This document shows, one piece after another, positions 47,319-64,000 of a stretch of DNA of 64,000 nt. Both the position numbers and the translations under genes were made by a program. The DNA is from Chrysomallon squamiferum (Eukaryota > Animalia > Mollusca): contig CM022668.1 of the NCBI GenBank assembly GCA_012295275.1, positions 6,820,001 through 6,884,000 on the forward strand, read 5' to 3'. Below the pieces are notes generated by a model. It worked only from the letters and a program-made list of their open reading frames with translations. It was not told the origin of the DNA and searched no databases. Positions within the stretch are counted from its first letter, which is position 1. The number at the start of each line of letters is the position of its first letter.

Positions 47319-48935
47319 GTCTGTCTTAAATAAACATATCTGGGTGCCAAAAAAAAACAAATTAAAACAAAACAAAACAAACTAAAATAAAATAAAATAA
47401 AATAATCTAATATAAAATAAAATAAAATAAAATAAAATAAAATAAAATAAAATAAAATAAAACAAAACAAAGTAATAACTCATTCGAATTTTATTAGATC
47501 ATTTGTTCGTACTGTCATAATAAACACTTTTTGTACATAACACCAATGCTACACTTTAAAATATGTGGACACCAGTTTCAAGTGTTTAATATGTGCAGAC
47601 AGGCAAGAATGGGTGTCCTACGTGAACAATCATTAATTTTATATTTATTGTTACAGAAGGCCAAATATTTTACATAATGCGGCTATCTGTGACACTTAGA
47701 AGTTTTAAATGTTTACTGACATACATATTCATGAATAAGAAAGTAGGACAGGTCAGGTGTCCGAAAATAGTCGTGGATTTTGTTCTACAGCTGTGAAGTA
47801 GAAAGCTTTTTAGATCTAGTCTAACTTGTAAAGTGTTGTAAGCCATTAACGATCAGAGGTAATAATCGATGCCGTGGAGTTTGTCGCGACTGTTTTAATT
47901 CTCCTTACAATGTTTTTACCTCTGTTCTTCCCGGGGTTTTGTGTTTGGTTGGTTTTTACGGTTTTTTGTTGGGTGTTTTTTTTTTTTTTTTTTTTTTTTG
48001 TTTTGTTTTGTGTGTGTGCGTGTGAATGTGTTTTTTTTTTTTCATTTATTTTAATTTATTTATTTAATAGTAGTTATGATTATTTCTGATTATTAAATTA
48101 TTATTATTATTATTATTATTAAGCTGTATCCTTTTATTATAATTTATATTCCTAATGGAGAATAAAAGTGCATGTTTTTTTTATCGATACCGACATGCAC
48201 AAAAATTGCATGGTTACAGTTATTGTTTACTTCAGGCTATTTTTATCCTGTGGTTATTAAATTTCAGTGTTAAACATAAAAATATACACAACAGCATATA
48301 AACCTACATATGCATGCATGCGTACATATTCAAGCACGTGTACGTGCATAGATAGCGTTACAAACAGTTACATACATAATTATTATATACATAGATACAA
48401 ACACAAATGCATAGACACGCGCGCGTACACATGCATACATACATACATACATACATACATACATACATACATACATACATACATGCATATATAATTCACA
48501 TACATACATACATACATGCACGTTCGCAAACAGCTTTCCTACCTACATATCCACCTTTCTAAGTGCATACCTATGTTACCATAGTGTTCAATTCAATGAC
48601 GTCATGGGGTATTTTTCGTAGCAACGTCACACAGAAAACGTAACTACAGTAGTGTTGCATGCAGAATACATCTGTGTGTCGGTTGAGTGAGTATATTTGT
48701 AAGTATATTTGTAATTTGTATTTACAGGTGAGCACGTGTATATGTCTTTCTGTGTCAGTCTGTGTTTGTGTCTGTTTTTGTGTCTGTTTGTGAGTCTGTA
48801 CGACTGTAAAATAACGATTTTAATTTTATATAATAAATAATTGCATGCTGTTAAACAATTACTACTTGCTTTAGTTGTTGCTTTTTTGGGGGGGTTCTTG
48901 TTGTTTGGGTGCTTGGTTTTGTTTGCTTTTTTCAT

Positions 48936-48966
<31 letters not shown>

Positions 48967-50014
48967 GATTTGTTTGTTGTTGGGGGTGTAGGGGTCCGAA
49001 TGAGCTAACAATTTTTATTTCTTTGAATTTGAAAACACATTATTAATACATTTACTACCTTTTATTCAAGTGATATTTTTATTATAAAAAAAATAATTTA
49101 TCGTTTTCAAAATGTGTATATATTGGTAGAAAACGTATTTAAATTAAATATTAACACACACAGATACACAGACGCACGCACGGTTCAGGCAATTGTGTTA
49201 AGTAAATTTTATTTACACACTTTTAGATTTTCAGCATTAAGTTTTAAGTAACATCCAATGTTGTTGATTATTCGCAATATCTAATGAAAAAAGTCAATCA
49301 GTATCCAACTTCATTTTTTTTTTTCTTTCTTTGCTTTTGTTACAAAACTGAAAGCTAAATAGTAATATCGTTTTGTTTACAATTTCTTCTCTATTATTTA
49401 TTTTTTGCATATTTTATTTAGAATCCAAACAGACACTTTATTAATTTGAAACATTAAATGAATATATTTCAAAAGAAATGAAATCGTAATGAAAACCGGA
49501 CGTCAAATTGAAAAGCAGCTAAAGTTATTTTTCTTGCTTTTGACATGGCCCCTTACTTAGGAGTGCCCGGATGTTCGGTTTACAATCAGACTGAGAAACT
49601 GTCGCGTTATATTTTGACCGCGTTTAAATCAATTTTGATAGAAATATGTTTAAAATTTTACTTAATCAAGTAGTTTAGCAATCCGTATGCTGTTTCTCTT
49701 TATCCCGAAGTACCGTCTGCGTTCTCTGTTCGACAGAAAAGACTTGAAATATCGATATCGGTGAACGTATTTTCGTTGTTCACAAGCATAGACTTTCACG
49801 TGTCCTTTTAGCTTCGATTGTATTCGGCAAAACAGACTTTTAATATACTTTTTGAATAACAATGAAAGTTATTTAACTCGATAGACACTATGGAAACAGT
49901 AACCAAAAGAACACTCTAGCATTAGATTTTGCGAATAATAGTACGACTGTAATCGGTAGCTCAACTAAAGGTGCTAGACTTTCTACAATTTAAGGACAAA
50001 AACAAAGCCCAAAT

Positions 50015-54296
<4,282 letters not shown>

Positions 54297-57200
54297 AATA
54301 ATTTTTTTTTTGTTTTTTTTTTTTTTTTTTTGGGGGGGGGAGGGGGATATAATAAATTTAAAATATTGTTATTTTAAAGGAAACTAATTATGAATTTTAA
54401 AAAAGTAGAAGAAAATTTGTCTTTTTAAAAATGTTGTATTTATTTTCTTTATATTAATTCATTTTCTCTGTATTTATTTTAGCCTTTTAATTGAATTTAA
54501 ACTTTATTTTTCTTGAGAATACAACACAGTATAGTTAAATAACATTTACTTTAAAAATTGTTGATGAGAAAATGGTGAAGACACCAATTAACAAAATTTG
54601 GATTTATGAAGAAGGAAATAATGAAATTATAATTATTTATTTAAATTTAATTTCTTCAAACAATCAAGAAGAATCTGGGAATCAGTTCAATTTTTATACA
54701 TCAAATAACTTACATTTGCAATATTGTTTGTTACTTTTTTTATTTTGTTTATTTACTTCTTTCAAAGGGAAATGGAAGAAAGCAATTTGAATTATCTCCC
54801 TTTATACAATTAAATAGTCGGGACTGGTTTACTTAATCAGCAGTAATTGTATGTCTGACATTAATTAACAATATAAATACTTTTTATGTGAAAAAGGCCT
54901 GTCGGTTGTCGTGTGTGTAATTTTAATGATATTTGTAAATGTTTGATATTACAAAATAATGTGACAATGTCATATGTTCATTGTAATTGTTTTGTCTTCT
55001 TTTTTCAGAAGATAATAAACTGAACCGAGGAGAAATGAAATGAAATAAAATAAAATAAACATTTTCAGAAATATTTTCAATTTAAAATTTTACAGGACAG
55101 AAAATTGTTGAAGAGAATACTTTTTTTAATAGTTGTTGTTGGAACTCAAATCTTAACATTGGGAGGGGTACTTTGCCATTTGGTTGAAATGGTTTCATAT
55201 TTAATTTTTCTATCACAATTTATTTGGTGTAGCCATTTTATTTATTTTTTTATTTTGGTAGGATTTTTTCTTTTCTTTTTTCTGTGATATATATTCCATA
55301 ATCCAAGTTATAAATGAATAATGATAAAATTACCAGGCACTCTAATACTTCACACATTTTTCTGTCATTATTTACTTAATTGCAGGAGTTATCTGCCCAT
55401 TTAACATTTAAAACCTCTTCAGTGATATGAAGAAACAGTCAAATTATATTCTGCATACATCTAAGTTAAATTTTTTCTTTTGGCCTATGAATAATAAAGT
55501 ATAACAAACTGATTAAAAACTTTCAGTGTATCATCATTCTTCTGTAGTCATGACAACAGTGCATACATGGTGGATTTGTTCAAAATAATTAATCATTTAC
55601 GACATAGGAAGTAAATTGCTTCACAACTGGGGTCTGAAGATAAAAAAGGTGACATTCAAGTCTTTTTATAACAATATTATTTTATTGTTATTTTTTGTTA
55701 TTATGGTCACCAAATGAAGTAAAATAAAAAGGTGCCTTTTGAAAGATTAAAATGCTTGACTAGCGTCTAAGCAAATTAATTTTTGACTTGTTCATGACAT
55801 ATGGAATATTCTTTGTAATTCTTCCATCATTTAAAAGATTCAAGAATCTATATTTTGCGTACGAAGTATAACTAACTGTAAACCACTATTTCCATTGCAC
55901 TATCCTTTTATGAACTGATCATCAACCTGGGCATATTTCAATGTCAAAAATATATTTACATCTTCTGGACATATATCATTTTATGCTTTTAGTTAATTCC
56001 AGACAAACATTATCTTAAACTTTCACAGTTAATTCTGAATGATTGTTACCTTAATGTAGTTCAGCATTATTTCCAGTAATACAACTTTCTTTTCATAGGA
56101 AATTTTGTGATGTAGAAAATAATCTTCTGCTACTAAGGAGTTGACTTTTTTCTCTCTTTTTTTTTTAAGCTATGACATTCACTTGATCAATTACATTTCA
56201 GGAACTAATTTACATACAAATCACTTTCTTAACACTGGTTAATGAAATTATAAAGTCTGAAAAGGAATTTCAATGATTATATATTTTAATTTTTCATAAA
56301 TTGTTTCTACATTTTAAAAACCAGCAAATTTTTAAAAGGTCTACTGTGAACATTTGTGTGAGTTTTTCAAAATAATGTAAAATGATAAAACAATCTTTTT
56401 TAACTTTTTCAGTACCTTTACACCTAAACTCTTGAATTTCATGACCGTTTCGTAAGCATCTGCTTGATTTTCATCAGCCCAGTGTCTTCAGTTTTGCTAT
56501 AAAATGATAATACCCACTATGACAATGAAGAGGTCAATGTACAGACTTAACAGTATGACAGCACCTTTAGGGTCACATCTTACTGAATGGATTTGAAGAA
56601 TAAGCCAGACAGGCAATCCAAGCCAAATTTGTGCTACTAATTAAAGACTGATACCTTCTCTCCATAAAGTTTTATTATTAAATGTCAGTATTTTGGATAG
56701 TTTAATGGTTCACCTCTATAGAACTGCATTACCAAAGCAGTTTTTGCACAAATATATAAAAATGCTTGGTATTCATGGTATTCCAACATTTTTGTCATCC
56801 TTATTTTTTTTCTATAAAATATTTGATCCAGTGTTGTGTGTGTGTGTGTGTGCATGAGAATAAAAATGATCGAAATAAAATTAAAACAAAACAATGTGTC
56901 TATACAAAACACCATCGTTTATTTTAACACTTAATCATGGCTATAAATCATTAGAACAGACAATACAAAATGATCAGAGTCTTCTATAATGGAGTAAACT
57001 ACAAAAAAAAAAAAAGCCTGTTCTATGTCATGCAAAATGTATACAGATATAGTAATAATAAACTGTATGATTTGGAGAAAAGAGATCTATATAAAAGCTT
57101 AAAATCTGAAGAAAGAGAAAAGCCATTTTAATGTGTAAGCAATGTACAAAAGCTTAATGAAAGGGTTTTAAGATAGATTCAGAAAGACAGTATATATATA

Positions 57201-58802
57201 TATATTTATATCTATGTATATCATAAGAAGACTTTTTTTCCCTCAAAATATAAAAAGTAATGTACAGCCGGCTGTTTTTAGAAAGCTAAAAATCTTATCA
57301 AAAAGAAATAGGAAATTGAAAATCTCGACTGACATTGTAAACTTGAGGAAAATGTATATATTAACAAGCATTAAAAATGTAATTTTAAGTGTAAAATGTT
57401 TCAAAATGCATGTTCTAAAATCATTACAGAAAGAAAGAAAAAAGAAGAAAACTGAAATTAGAAATTTTCCTTTTTTTTAAAATTGTGAATTAGATACCTA
57501 CGACTCGTGTACTCAAGACAGCTGTTTAGTATTATATTTTAATGTTACAACAGAGAGGTCAACAGAGGTTATGTGGGAATAGGTAAACAATATGTAATAC
57601 ATATGATACTGATAACTGCAAAATCAAATGCCAAAAAATTACAGTACAAAATCAGATGCAAATTAAATTACTAAATTTATACATATGAAACTTAAATACA
57701 GCTAAATGGATGAACAATGGTTTTGCACGTTTTATAAAACATGAAGCAACATTTTGAATAAACTGCTGAAATCAACAAAACAAAACAAAACTACTAAAAA
57801 AACTCATAAAATCACTTTTATATTATCCCCACTGCACAATATAATTTGATAAAAACAGCAACCAAACTAAAAATTATTTACTTATTTCAGCAACTGAGTC
57901 AAATCAGCTCCAAGAAAATAATTTGTTAAACAGAATTTTAACAGCAAAGCAAAAATTAAAAAACAAACAAGAATTTTGTTTCTTCTTATTTTAACTATTA
58001 AAGAAAGGATTACAGTATTGGTTTGTGGTGGGGTTTTTATTTTCATTTATTTTTATTTTGATTTTAAGTAATTTATTGTAATTATAACAAGAAAAAAAAA
58101 AACTCGGAAAAGTGATCTTAAAACCCATCTAAAATGAGAATTTTTCTACAGATTACTCATTCGTTCATCAATGGTTTGACATTACACAATATAATGGCAA
58201 TAAAATGTATGACAGTATGGAAAAATAAAAATGATTATATACAAAGTGGTCCTATGTAACACATTTAGGGTTTTCTGAACCTGGTTTTTACTTCACAACA
58301 GATACCAAATTTTTTTATACATTTAAAATTAAATGTTTTTATTTTGATTTCTTTGTTTAAAGAAAAAAAATAATTAAAAAACCCCACCCTCATATGATTT
58401 TAGCAAAAATGATTTTTCATAAACATTTCTGTATGTGGATTAGTCCATATACCAAAATAAAAATTATAAAATAGTTCTTGTTTAAATGTCGTTAGTGATT
58501 CTAGGTGGTTGTATTTCCATCCTCTTCCATAAGGCTGATTTCAAAAGGCCATAAGATACACAATTAATGGAGTTAAAAATATCTAAATGGTTCTGATATG
58601 TACTTGTATATATACCTTATTTCAACCCTAAGGAAAAGGACCCTGTCAACCAACCAACCAATCAGATCTGTTCTTTCAATGCAATCTATCCAATATCTGG
58701 ATCTGTCACATCTCTCATAAGTAGAGTGAGAGAAAAAAATAAAATATAAAATAAAAATTAATGTTAAAAACATCTTTTTATGTCAAAGGTCACATATGCA
58801 GA

Positions 58803-63887
<5,085 letters not shown>

Positions 63888-64000
63888 CTGATTAAAAAAA
63901 AAAAATTATATTTATTTTAACTGAAATATAAAATCTGGTTTATTTATCACAAATTAACTTGGAGTTTTAGCACTACATGGCATTAAATATTGATTTCTAT

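Overview
Eukaryotic, AT-rich and microsatellite-dense invertebrate genomic DNA. The 5S rRNA sequence type and the repeat landscape suggest a mollusc, possibly a cephalopod (inference). Nearly all ORF-track entries are microsatellite noise; the real genes are multi-exon and were assembled by hand from GT-AG sites and reading-frame phase. (1) 504-2803 (-): 5' part of a SEA-domain membrane-mucin-like gene (signal peptide, 27-bp PTS repeat, SEA domain with LRKGSVIC), running off the left edge. (2) 3.5-28 kb: a rearranged zone with a deleted Buster-type hAT, at least five decayed copies of a mucin small-exon + EGF-exon cassette, a ~1.6-kb tandem triplication, inverted duplications, a 5S pseudogene with a second 5S 3' remnant, a mariner MITE, and a probably pseudogenised EGF-TM gene whose cytoplasmic exon has 14 x 36-bp repeats encoding tandem YxxQ motifs. 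(3) 28352-43895 (-): complete 15-coding-exon SLC6 amino-acid transporter (626 aa) with atypical substrate and Na2-site residues. (4) 50015-54296 (+): complete 6-exon SOSS-B/NABP ssDNA-binding protein (200 aa). (5) 58803-63887 (-): last seven coding exons of beta-catenin, with candidate stop-containing alternative exons and a duplicated decoy acceptor.
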